64,000 nucleotides of DNA, from positions 93,858-157,857 of IMG/VR virus record IMGVR_UViG_3300027747_004779. One strand, given 5' to 3'. Source of the DNA: a virus. A program made the position numbers and the translations under genes. Below, piece by piece: positions 39,861 to 48,833 of this stretch. The notes under the pieces were generated by a model that worked only from the letters and a program-made list of their open reading frames with translations, did no database searches and had not been told where the DNA came from. Positions within the stretch are counted from its first letter, which is position 1. Every line of letters starts with the position of its first letter.

Positions 39861-40419
39861 TAAGTTTTATTTTAATTGCTTCCATTCGTTCTTCAACTGT
39901 TCCTTTTAAAATAGTTACCTTACCTTTTAATCTTTCATCAGATAACCAAAAGTTCTCATACTTATCAATAATTGCATCTCTAAATTCTTTATTTGTACTT
40001 CTCTCACCATCGTCAACTAGCGGCACATCATGAGGACTCGGATAAAAGATATGATCATATTTGTGAATATAGTTTACATAGTACATTAATCCTAAACTAT
40101 TAGATACAGGAAAATCATTTAGCCTGTCTCTAGCAAAATAACTTGTATAAACCATCCCATCCATTAAGCAGCGATCATGCAATATACCTTGAAAATTAAA
40201 ACCTTTATAGTTGTAAAATAAGTTCTCAAACTCTTTATTGAGAATTAATGTCTGCGTCACATCATTTGCACCCTCTTCATTTATATCACAATTATGCCAA
40301 CGCTTAATTAGCCTAGTTACTTCATCAATATAGCAAAGCTTAGATCCATAATATTCTTTACACTTTTTTAAAAGAGTAGTCTTACCCGAACACTGAGGAC
40401 CTGTAAACGTAAATATCAT
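39841..40419 (-). CDS. P-loop nucleotide monophosphate kinase-like protein
   Basis: GPQCSGKTT, DRCLMD, DDGER. Confidence 0.75.
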   Translation of the reverse strand: MIFTFTGPQCSGKTTLLKKCKEYYGSKLCYIDEVTRLIKRWHNCDINEEGANDVTQTLILNKEFENLFYNYKGFNFQGILHDRCLMDGMVYTSYFARDRLNDFPVSNSLGLMYYVNYIHKYDHIFYPSPHDVPLVDDGERSTNKEFRDAIIDKYENFWLSDERLKGKVTILKGTVEERMEAIKIKLNEYGIR

Positions 40420-40547
40420 TCTTTATCTAATTCTATACCATATAACAAATTCTTCAAGATAATAATCTCTGCTTTTAATATTTTGTTTTCTTCTTTTAGA
40501 CGACGTATTTCATTGTTTTTTTGAGTAAAAATATGCACTAAAGACAT
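40416..40547 (-). CDS. 43-aa coiled-coil peptide
   Basis: Hand-translated MSLVHIFTQKNNEIRRLKEEN...; ATGA overlap with the kinase. Confidence 0.4.
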   Translation of the reverse strand: MSLVHIFTQKNNEIRRLKEENKILKAEIIILKNLLYGIELDKE

Positions 40548-40604
40548 ACTTTAGTATAGTTGTTCTTTGCTAAAAAGCAAAGCTAAATATTAAATATTAA
40601 TATT

Positions 40605-41597
40605 ATGACTAATGATAATTCATTAATTTTTGAAGCCTATTCAAAAAATAAATCTAAGTCAAAAGTTAAATCTCTTCCTGCTCCCAGTAGCCCCGGTACA
40701 AAATCTCTTCCACCACCTAGAAAGCCTAAGCCAGGTACAAAATCTCTTCCACCACCTAGAAAGCCTAAGCCAGGTACAAAATCTCTTCCACCACCTAGAA
40801 AGCCTAATACTGAGACCGGGCCTGGGGTATCTAGGCAAAAATGCGCTAACAAAACAAAAGAAGAACTTTGCGATCTTAATTATGCACTAAAAAAGAAGAG
40901 CGAAGCTAATACTCCAGAAGCAAAAACATTTAAAGCATATTACAACAAATTTTTAAATACATGTGGTGATTTAGTGAGCAAATATGGTTGTAATAAAGAT
41001 GATGACGAGATTCCCGATAATGAGGCGCCAGATGATGACGAGATTCCCGATGATGAGACGCCAGATGATGACGAGATTCCTGATGACGAGATTCCTGATG
41101 ACGAGACGCCAGATGATGACGAGATTCCAGATTTCGAACCCGACCCTACTATTAATACCCCAATACCTTTAAAATTATGCGTTTCAAACGCAAAAGAAGA
41201 ATCAGCAAATGGTACTTATACCTTAAAATCAAAAGCTAACAGACCAATTTATATACATGATAATAAAGTAGCTACTATAGATGCAGATGTTTGGCCCGAA
41301 CCAAATTATTGGTATATACATGCCGTTGGCGGAGTTCCAGTTACATATGCTAAAGATGTATTTGACGTAGATTATAAAGGCCCGGAAGGACGATTTAAAG
41401 CTGCAGGTTATTCTCAAACCGACACTAATGTAACAGTTAAACGCGGTGAATGCGAGCAACAAAAACCAAAGCCGACACCGACACCTGAATCACCGGCGCC
41501 TAATACCCCTGCAGGTACTCAACCAACAGGAAATAAAAATAAAGATTTTGATTGGGATAAAATAGCTGACTGGATTATGAATGGAAGTAAAAAATAA
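40605..41597 (+). CDS. late repeat-containing protein with basic and acidic tracts
   Basis: TAAATA upstream; MTNDNSLIFEAY; KSLPPPRKPKPGT x3; DDDEIPD repeats. Confidence 0.65.
   Translation: MTNDNSLIFEAYSKNKSKSKVKSLPAPSSPGTKSLPPPRKPKPGTKSLPPPRKPKPGTKSLPPPRKPNTETGPGVSRQKCANKTKEELCDLNYALKKKSEANTPEAKTFKAYYNKFLNTCGDLVSKYGCNKDDDEIPDNEAPDDDEIPDDETPDDDEIPDDEIPDDETPDDDEIPDFEPDPTINTPIPLKLCVSNAKEESANGTYTLKSKANRPIYIHDNKVATIDADVWPEPNYWYIHAVGGVPVTYAKDVFDVDYKGPEGRFKAAGYSQTDTNVTVKRGECEQQKPKPTPTPESPAPNTPAGTQPTGNKNKDFDWDKIADWIMNGSKK
40695..40808 (+). repeat. 39-bp tandem repeat, about 3 copies
   Basis: ggtacaaaatctcttccaccacctagaaagcctaa at 40695, 40734 and 40773. Confidence 0.92.
40998..41131 (+). repeat. 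15/18-bp acidic coding repeats
   Basis: gatgatgacgagattcc and gatgacgagacgcca units. Confidence 0.85.
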
Positions 41598-41600
41598 TTT

Positions 41601-41948
41601 TTATTTTCCCCATTTACCATTATATACTATTTCTGCAATAATGCCGTATACTGCGGAATCTCTAAATGCATCCATAACCGGCTCATTTGCAGAGCTCATT
41701 GCTTTCTTCTTTAAAACTAAATTAATTAAGCGCTGAATTTTATCATTAAGACGAACCACAATAGCGGATATAGCAGCAAATTTATCTTCTTGTTTTACTA
41801 AATCTGAGCCAAGAGAAATATTACCAGGACCGTAATCAAACTGTTTCTTACAAAATGTCTCATATAATTCTGTCTGTATTTTCTGAAACTCTTTACACGT
41901 TTCTGGAAAATTTTTTTCTACGTATTTAATGGCATCCTCTTTATTCAT
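41601..41948 (-). CDS. DUF1599/nucleotide-modification-associated helical protein
   Basis: F.KKQ.DYG..NI, VRLNDK..RL, E...D.F.D...Y. Confidence 0.7.
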   Translation of the reverse strand: MNKEDAIKYVEKNFPETCKEFQKIQTELYETFCKKQFDYGPGNISLGSDLVKQEDKFAAISAIVVRLNDKIQRLINLVLKKKAMSSANEPVMDAFRDSAVYGIIAEIVYNGKWGK

Positions 41949-42904
41949 AATCTCACTCCGTAATTCACTTTATTTAAATTTAACGAACCGAGATTGCAAC
42001 CACCTGCATAACTAATCGCACTCTGTAAATCTTGTTTTATTTCTTCAAGCTTTTCAATATATGTAAAGGTATCAGTATCCATAAGCTTCATTGTACCTTC
42101 AATATTTTTCTTTTCGATTTTATTATGTACACTAGCAGATCCAAAATATTGCTTGAACCGTCTCCCGCTTGCATCTTTAACGAGAGGTGCAGGGCTATCT
42201 GAACATGCAGCAAATATAGAACCACACATCACCATATTAGCGCCGGCAACTAACGCCTTAGCAATATCACCATTACTACGCACACCGCCATCTGCAATAA
42301 TAGGAATATTTTTATCTTTAGCACACTCCATAACACAGCTAAACATCGGATAAGTAAATCCGGTTTTATCTTTTGTTGTACATGCATAGCCACCACCAAT
42401 ACCAACCTTTACAGCATCAGCTCCTGCATCGTGTAAATATTCTACTCCTTGAAACGAAGCAACATTACCGGCAATAATTTTAGTAGATGGTAACACTTGC
42501 TTAATATGTCTGATTTGCTCCGCTACTTTTAAATGATGACCATGCGCAACATCTATTGTAATAAAATCAACTTTCATCATGCTTTGCCCTATAGCTGTTA
42601 GTATGCTTTTATCTTTCTGCTGTATGCCAATGCTAATAGATATAACGTTAAATTTACGTAGATTTGCATATCGTACAAAGCTTTGTATATCATTATCAAA
42701 CCGGTGCATAACATAGAAATAACCGTGTTTATCCAAAAGCTCGCATGTGTTCTCATCGATACAGCACTTCATATTAGCCGGGAGAACAGGTAGTTTAAAA
42801 TCGTAACCGCAAAATAATACGTCTGTATCTATTTCTGCTCTAGACTTTACTGTATTAAAATTGGGTTTGAGAAAGACATTCTCATAATGTAAAGATATAT
42901 CCAT
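41945..42904 (-). CDS. guaC: GMP reductase
   Basis: PANM, YVMHRF, ITIDVAHGH, IAGNV, KVGIG.G..CTT, IADGG, ISYAGG; no CBS domain. Confidence 0.9.
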   Translation of the reverse strand: MDISLHYENVFLKPNFNTVKSRAEIDTDVLFCGYDFKLPVLPANMKCCIDENTCELLDKHGYFYVMHRFDNDIQSFVRYANLRKFNVISISIGIQQKDKSILTAIGQSMMKVDFITIDVAHGHHLKVAEQIRHIKQVLPSTKIIAGNVASFQGVEYLHDAGADAVKVGIGGGYACTTKDKTGFTYPMFSCVMECAKDKNIPIIADGGVRSNGDIAKALVAGANMVMCGSIFAACSDSPAPLVKDASGRRFKQYFGSASVHNKIEKKNIEGTMKLMDTDTFTYIEKLEEIKQDLQSAISYAGGCNLGSLNLNKVNYGVRL

Positions 42905-42905
42905 T

Positions 42906-43475
42906 TTAACGTTCTAAAATTTTATATGCTGTAAAGAAGCTTTTCCAGAGGTCTAAAGCAGTATCTCTTAAAGCACCGTATACACCATCTAAATTCATAC
43001 CTTCAATCCCTACCCCCTGGCTCATTAATATCTCACCTTCATCTACACCTGGTGTAACTTTGTGAATCACACAGCCCGCTAATTTATATCCCTCTGTAAA
43101 CGCTCTTTCTTGTGGATTAAATCCTTTAAGTGAAGGAAACTTATCAATAAGTCCTGGATGTAAATTATATATTTCATAATGCTCACAAATCTCCTTAGGA
43201 ATAATTCTTAAATACCCATGAAGAGTAATTACTGGGTTATCAAAACACTTTAAGATTTTTAAATAATTACTTGCTACCGGTTTACTAGGTAAAGATATCA
43301 AAATAGTTTTATTAAGCTTATGCTCTCTAAACTGTGTTGTGTTCAATAACCCATTGTTAACGTTTTTAAAATCTGGCTTATTAGTTACAATTGCATCTGG
43401 GTATACACCTAGCGTATTTGATATATCATGTATCTCAGTACCGGTTTGAGAGAAAAATGTTATCCAAGGTCTCAT
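42906..43475 (-). CDS. PurN-like formyltransferase (DpdN-like)
   Basis: FFSQTG, GYLRII, NLHPG, GCVIH.V..VDEG. Confidence 0.8.
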   Translation of the reverse strand: MRPWITFFSQTGTEIHDISNTLGVYPDAIVTNKPDFKNVNNGLLNTTQFREHKLNKTILISLPSKPVASNYLKILKCFDNPVITLHGYLRIIPKEICEHYEIYNLHPGLIDKFPSLKGFNPQERAFTEGYKLAGCVIHKVTPGVDEGEILMSQGVGIEGMNLDGVYGALRDTALDLWKSFFTAYKILER

Positions 43476-44284
43476 CTACGAATAATCTTCTTAAACATTG
43501 TAGTATTATACTTTACTAGTTCAAGCTGATCATCTGTAAAATTGTGCGTAATAAGGTCAGCTAATTTTGTTGACGGTTTATTATCAAGCCCATAATCAGC
43601 ATCGTACTTTAATCCATGTATAGCAGCAACAACGGGATTGCTGGTATCGCAACTAACAATATTGTGAATATCTCTATCAACATAAAATCTAAACTCCTTA
43701 GCTAAAGAACAACCAAGCAAGTGATGGGGTTTGTTCCAATTCCATATCCCATTACTTATTAAATCGCTTATAAAGCGCTGACGACCAGTACACCATTTTT
43801 CAAGATGAGACTTACCTTCGCCGATAGCTTGATAATAGCTAAAATCAAAACTTATCGCGATCATATCAGCGTTATCTGACATAAATTTGTAACACTCTTT
43901 TAATTCATGCCAAGTTTTACCCTGCACAGCACCTATAGCTTTTGTTAAAAAGCTTTCCTTAATATTAAGTGTGTAATTTTCAAATGCTTTAAAGCTTTGT
44001 ATTGTACCTTGAGTATCTTCAAGTACATCCGGTACAATGAACATGTTGGGTTTAATTTCTTTAACCTTTACCCAGAACTCATGACTATCAAAAGCTTTGC
44101 CTAATTCAAAGATAGAATTGTCAAGCAATACTTCTCTATTGTAAGCAATTCTGGCAAATTTAAAAAAATCACTATATACAGGGTATTGATCTAAGAGATG
44201 TACTAAACAGTAATCAAAATCGTTATATTCTTTAGAGATATCAAGTATAGATATAGGCGATTCATGTGATACTTTCATTAGCAT
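43472..44284 (-). CDS. TGT-like deazaguanine transglycosylase (DpdA3-like)
   Basis: SHE.P, DY.LVHL, LDNS.FELG, PDV, VQG, HHLLG, DTSNP; heads the operon leading to queF. Confidence 0.72.
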   Translation of the reverse strand: MLMKVSHESPISILDISKEYNDFDYCLVHLLDQYPVYSDFFKFARIAYNREVLLDNSIFELGKAFDSHEFWVKVKEIKPNMFIVPDVLEDTQGTIQSFKAFENYTLNIKESFLTKAIGAVQGKTWHELKECYKFMSDNADMIAISFDFSYYQAIGEGKSHLEKWCTGRQRFISDLISNGIWNWNKPHHLLGCSLAKEFRFYVDRDIHNIVSCDTSNPVVAAIHGLKYDADYGLDNKPSTKLADLITHNFTDDQLELVKYNTTMFKKIIRR

Positions 44285-44290
44285 ATCCTT

Positions 44291-44319
44291 ATTATAAATG
44301 TAAATAATAGATAGATCAA
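44291..44319 (-). promoter_or_regulatory. sigma70-type promoter of the DNA-modification operon
   Basis: TTGATC-17nt-TATAAT, 6 nt before ATG 44284. Confidence 0.7.
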
Positions 44320-44320
44320 C

Positions 44321-47242
44321 ATGAATTATCCAAAATATTTCGGTAATTATCTAGGTATAGTTGTACAGAATAATGACCCGCTTAAGAGGGGCCGTGTTAA
44401 AGTATTTGTACCACATATATCGCCTACAGTTTATAATAAGTGGGTAGAGACAGGCAAAGATAAATGCTTTAAATTTTTAGGTAAAAATGTATATAGTGAC
44501 CTTTCAGATGTTCATGATGAACTTAAAAAAATTCTTCCCTGGGCTGAAATTGCAGCTCCTCTTGCCGGAGAGAGCGGTAGCGGAAGATTTAATGCACATT
44601 TTAATATTGGTACAATTAGTGATAGCAGTAATATAAAGCAAGCTTTTAGTAACGCAGATAATTGTGAAATTGATTACTCAAAAACAAATGAGTATAGTCA
44701 AAATTTAGATAATATTGGCGAAAAACCAGGCTTTATATATGATGTTTCATATTATAAGCTAAAAGATGCATTCGCAGATCCACAAGAAAATAATGCAAAT
44801 AATGTAAATATTTTTACATATAATTATACCCCAGAATGTTATAGTAATTGTGCAAAAGGCGCATTTCCTGTTATAAATGTTGGCGCGCATGTATGGGTGT
44901 TCTTCAATAATGGCGACCCTCTTAAACCGGTAATATTTGGCACATCTTACGGGTCTGATGACTGGGGAAGTATTTTCGGTATTGCGAATACAGAAGGTAC
45001 ACAATTATCTGCTGCACCAGATGAGGGTATGGATTACCCCGGAGCATTTGAAAATGCTGCGCTATCCGGAAGCAATGTAGGTTATGATATTAATACTGAT
45101 ACATATCGTAACAAATATGTGTTAAATCAAAAAGGTGGTACTATAGCTATTGTTAATACCGACAATCGTGAAATGCTTAAGTTTACGCATTACTCCGGTT
45201 CATTTAAAGAGTTTAATAATCATACTACAATTGAGCTGGCTACAAACAACGACCAAAAGCTAGTTCTCGGTGATTCATTTCTTACTATCCGAGGATCGAG
45301 AAATGAATTTACACAATTTGATTACGATTGTATTGTAAAAGGTGATTTATATAAAAAAGTTGGTAACTTAGATAGTGAACTGCACAAACAGTGGCGGGAA
45401 ACTGCAAGAGAGATTGCAGATATAAGACAGTTATTTGATATACAGAGAACGGGTAGCTACAGTAGCGTCGGTGGTTCAGCGCGCACTGCACCGGGTCAAT
45501 CTAAAAGCGGCACACCGGATAAGTGCCCTGTTTGTAATAAGGATACAAACAAATATAATGCTGTTAATACATCGTACAAGAAGACATATGTAAATAAGAC
45601 CAACAGAACAACAGCAAATTCACAAGGCGACTTTACATTTGCGCAGACTATTCTACCTGGTGTTGGTGGAGGTAGAGTACCAAGTGTGCCTAACCTTGGA
45701 AACCTTGCCACACCTCTAAGAGTCTCGCCTACCGATGGGCTAGGTGGATCTGTAGATGGAAGCACAGGAATGAATAGACCGGGTATGATTTTTGGTGAAA
45801 CATGCCCCGCATGCGGTGGTTCAGGTTTGAGCCCTAGCTCTCAAGGTGGAAAATGGTCAACAGAAACAAGAAAAGCAAACCTACAAAACATTTTACAACA
45901 AAAAATTTGTGAATTAGCTGACATTGAGAAGAAGATGGGTATTGGTGGGAGTGAGATTGTTAATATTACAAAGCATAAGGTTGAAAATATTGGACAAGCA
46001 ATGAATGATTATGGTGCTGTTCGAATTGATCCAAAAGGTAAAATGTATGTATCGGATGTTAAAGTTGCAAAGTACGGAACGTACTACAATAGAACACCGA
46101 CACCTCTTGTTGAAATGGTGCAAGTACCAGATCTGCCTTCCGGTAATTATACCCTTAATGTTGGTAACAAATACAATTGCATGGTAGGCGCTGGTGGTAT
46201 GAATATGAAGTCTTACGGTGCAGTTAACATTAGCGGCGCAATGACAAACGTTGCAGGTTCACAAGTTAATATTTCTAGTGAAAACGAAGTTACTATTGAC
46301 GGTGGTAAGCGTATTAATATTACCGGTGATGTTGTAAGTCTTAAGCAACGAGATAAAAAACAAGTTGTTGTTGAAGGATCTCTGGGTATTACGAATAACG
46401 CTGCGGTTGCAGGAGGCTTGCATGTTGAGGGTGAAGGTACATTTAATCATATAACAATGCCTAAACAAATTATGGCTACCGAACAAGCACAAGTCTTCGG
46501 TGCAGCTGCTACAGATCAATCAAACGGTAACGGAAAAATTATAGGCTTTGGTGCGCCGTTAGCAGATTATGCTACAGAAGCTACTGATCCTAATGGTGGT
46601 CTATATTTTAGTCCAGATGTACCGGGCGCTCCAGCGTTTATCGGAATTACAGATATGAAGCTTACGATTGGACGTATTAGAGGTTCAACTAGTACAGGCC
46701 CAGGCACCGGTACATTTGATATAATAGGATATATTCCGGTTGGCGGTACGTCAACATTAAATCCCGCGTTTGGGTGGTCTCCAACGAATGTGGCTAAAAA
46801 TGTAGCTGATGCTGGTCCTGCTATACCTGTACCAATGCCTAATACAGTACCTATACCAATTTACGGTGGTGTACCGGATAGTTTCGGTGCAGGTCTCTCG
46901 CCTGCTGCAGCTACAGACGCGTATATTTACGGTACTGGAACACCAACTATTAGGGGCGCTTTTACGAAGAGTGGGGGTGGTACGGCAGACGGAGGTGTTA
47001 TACAATCTATAGCTATAAATAATCAAACAGCAGCTAGAATGCCTTTAGCTTTATTCGGTACCGGACGTCAAGCAGATTCATTTGTATTTGAACCGCATAG
47101 TCATTTATTCCCTGCACCTGCAATGACATTAACTGATACTAATATGGCCACAAGAGAAAAAGCGGTTGGAAAAGATGCGCCTATTAACGCTGAGCCACCT
47201 GTTAATGCTCCAACATTAACAAACGAACCAGTGACTAATTAG
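44321..47242 (+). CDS. gp5/VgrG-like baseplate spike
   Basis: GIVVQNNDP..RGRVKV, LPWA, GAHVWVFF..GD...PV OB-fold; H.SG; beta-helix repeats; CxxC pairs; C-terminal HSH. Confidence 0.8.
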   Translation: MNYPKYFGNYLGIVVQNNDPLKRGRVKVFVPHISPTVYNKWVETGKDKCFKFLGKNVYSDLSDVHDELKKILPWAEIAAPLAGESGSGRFNAHFNIGTISDSSNIKQAFSNADNCEIDYSKTNEYSQNLDNIGEKPGFIYDVSYYKLKDAFADPQENNANNVNIFTYNYTPECYSNCAKGAFPVINVGAHVWVFFNNGDPLKPVIFGTSYGSDDWGSIFGIANTEGTQLSAAPDEGMDYPGAFENAALSGSNVGYDINTDTYRNKYVLNQKGGTIAIVNTDNREMLKFTHYSGSFKEFNNHTTIELATNNDQKLVLGDSFLTIRGSRNEFTQFDYDCIVKGDLYKKVGNLDSELHKQWRETAREIADIRQLFDIQRTGSYSSVGGSARTAPGQSKSGTPDKCPVCNKDTNKYNAVNTSYKKTYVNKTNRTTANSQGDFTFAQTILPGVGGGRVPSVPNLGNLATPLRVSPTDGLGGSVDGSTGMNRPGMIFGETCPACGGSGLSPSSQGGKWSTETRKANLQNILQQKICELADIEKKMGIGGSEIVNITKHKVENIGQAMNDYGAVRIDPKGKMYVSDVKVAKYGTYYNRTPTPLVEMVQVPDLPSGNYTLNVGNKYNCMVGAGGMNMKSYGAVNISGAMTNVAGSQVNISSENEVTIDGGKRINITGDVVSLKQRDKKQVVVEGSLGITNNAAVAGGLHVEGEGTFNHITMPKQIMATEQAQVFGAAATDQSNGNGKIIGFGAPLADYATEATDPNGGLYFSPDVPGAPAFIGITDMKLTIGRIRGSTSTGPGTGTFDIIGYIPVGGTSTLNPAFGWSPTNVAKNVADAGPAIPVPMPNTVPIPIYGGVPDSFGAGLSPAAATDAYIYGTGTPTIRGAFTKSGGGTADGGVIQSIAINNQTAARMPLALFGTGRQADSFVFEPHSHLFPAPAMTLTDTNMATREKAVGKDAPINAEPPVNAPTLTNEPVTN

Positions 47243-47432
47243 GTCTTGTTTTACGCCAGGCAGTTCTATGATTAGAAACCCAGTCAATTAAAGCTCGCTC
47301 AAAACCAACATCCCTACCCTCACGTTCAGACATACACCATTTATGCTTATGTATCTCGTCTCTCTCAGCATGAAACTCTCTATATAGAGCTGTATTTTGT
47401 ATTAACACGCAAACTGACGATAAGGTCGTCAT
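47235..47432 (-). CDS. DUF4032-like small protein
   Basis: EIHKHKW.MSE..G.DVGFE.A..DW. Confidence 0.65.
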   Translation of the reverse strand: MTTLSSVCVLIQNTALYREFHAERDEIHKHKWCMSEREGRDVGFERALIDWVSNHRTAWRKTRPN

Positions 47433-47461
47433 GTTATTATTTAATCATCTTTACAATAAAA

Positions 47462-47514
47462 TATATACATCAGTAACCTCAAAGGTTCCCACCTACCCAC
47501 CCCTGATGTATATA
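47462..47514. repeat. 12-bp inverted repeat enclosing an inner hairpin and G-tracts
   Basis: tatatacatcag (47462-47473) and ctgatgtatata (47503-47514). Confidence 0.8.
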
Positions 47515-47542
47515 ATACAACTTCTCCTTCAAGGTTTATTTA

Positions 47543-47761
47543 TTATTGGGCGGATAATTTTTCTTTAAGCTTGTCAAATATTTCTTGTTTCTCTTCTAGC
47601 GCTTGAGGTTTAAGTACATCAATTAATTTTAATACTACAGGAATGCGTAACGTTTTTAATGTAGTAAAATTAGGCTCGAAAGGTAAAAATTTATTAGCTA
47701 TAAGATACAAAATAGAAATTTCTTCTTCTGTGAGGCTGTTAAGCGTATAAGAATAAATCAT
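47543..47761 (-). CDS. hypothetical protein
   Basis: ATGA-coupled to nrdB. Confidence 0.55.
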   Translation of the reverse strand: MIYSYTLNSLTEEEISILYLIANKFLPFEPNFTTLKTLRIPVVLKLIDVLKPQALEEKQEIFDKLKEKLSAQ

Positions 47762-48822
47762 AACTTGATATCATCAAATGTATCTTCAGTTATATTAGTA
47801 TCACGTGCACCAATCTTATAAGCAGATATCTCTGTCTCCTGAGGAGCGACCTGTACTTTACTACTGTCTAAATAGCTATCAAGCCATCCTGCAATTGGAT
47901 TTTCTTTCTGATTAAAAAGTTTCTTATACCCTAAAGAGCGTAATCTATTATCACAAAGCCACTTTGTATAACCACCAAGAACGTCAGGGTTGAGCCCTAG
48001 TAGAGAACCTTTGCTAAACAAATATTGTGCCCACTCAATTTCATTCTTTACAGCTTGCTCATAAACTGCATATACTTTATCTTCACTCTTTTTAGCGATA
48101 CTTGTAAATCCCTCTCTATCTTCTTCACGGAATATCTTTAAAAGATTTTGAGTAATACCGAAGTGTAGCGCTTCATCGCGCTGAATAAACTTAATAATTT
48201 TCGCATTGCCTTCCATTTTACCTCGGTAGCCGAAATAAAAACTACAAGCAAAAGAGACATAAAATACAAGACCTTCCATTACATTTGTCGATAAAACGCA
48301 ATCATAAATTTTCTCTTTTTTATCTTTCTTTTCATCTGAGCCAAGAATTTTGTCATAATTACCTCTAATTAATTCTGCTCTACTTACAATTTCTTTATCC
48401 TCCATAATGCTGTCAAAAAACTTTGTAGCGTCGGGATGAACGTTATTAAGCAAATAAGAGTAGCTGTAGCTATGAATACCTTCAAATCGTGCCCAAGTAT
48501 TCATACATATCTCTACTTCGGGATTAGTAACGTACTCTTTTAACGAATGTATAGACCTAGAGAGCATGCTATCCCCTAATGTTTGGAATCTTAAGTTCTG
48601 ATCAAATACAAAGCGCTCTTCTGCAGTTAACTCTTTATAATCACTTCTATCTTTTTGCAAAGCAATTTCATGTGGCCACCAAAAAAATTCTTCTTGTTTT
48701 TTAAACAACTCAAAAAAGACTGGATACTTAAATCTATCATATCTCTGTAAATTCAAGTCTTCGCCAAAAAATATTGGCTGTTTTGTATAGTCAACATTCT
48801 TGAGATTAAGTACAGATTTCAT
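47758..48822 (-). CDS. nrdB: ribonucleotide reductase class Ia beta subunit
   Basis: FWWPHEI, E.IHSYSY, EGLVFYVSF, RDEALH, VAPQETEI..Y. Confidence 0.95.
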   Translation of the reverse strand: MKSVLNLKNVDYTKQPIFFGEDLNLQRYDRFKYPVFFELFKKQEEFFWWPHEIALQKDRSDYKELTAEERFVFDQNLRFQTLGDSMLSRSIHSLKEYVTNPEVEICMNTWARFEGIHSYSYSYLLNNVHPDATKFFDSIMEDKEIVSRAELIRGNYDKILGSDEKKDKKEKIYDCVLSTNVMEGLVFYVSFACSFYFGYRGKMEGNAKIIKFIQRDEALHFGITQNLLKIFREEDREGFTSIAKKSEDKVYAVYEQAVKNEIEWAQYLFSKGSLLGLNPDVLGGYTKWLCDNRLRSLGYKKLFNQKENPIAGWLDSYLDSSKVQVAPQETEISAYKIGARDTNITEDTFDDIKL

Positions 48823-48833
48823 AAGAGTATTTA

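Noticed and set aside
41945-43475. Purine-biosynthesis auxiliary genes (guaB, purN)
   Set aside because: Motifs fit GMP reductase, and the formyltransferase is coupled to the TGT-like gene with no other pur genes nearby
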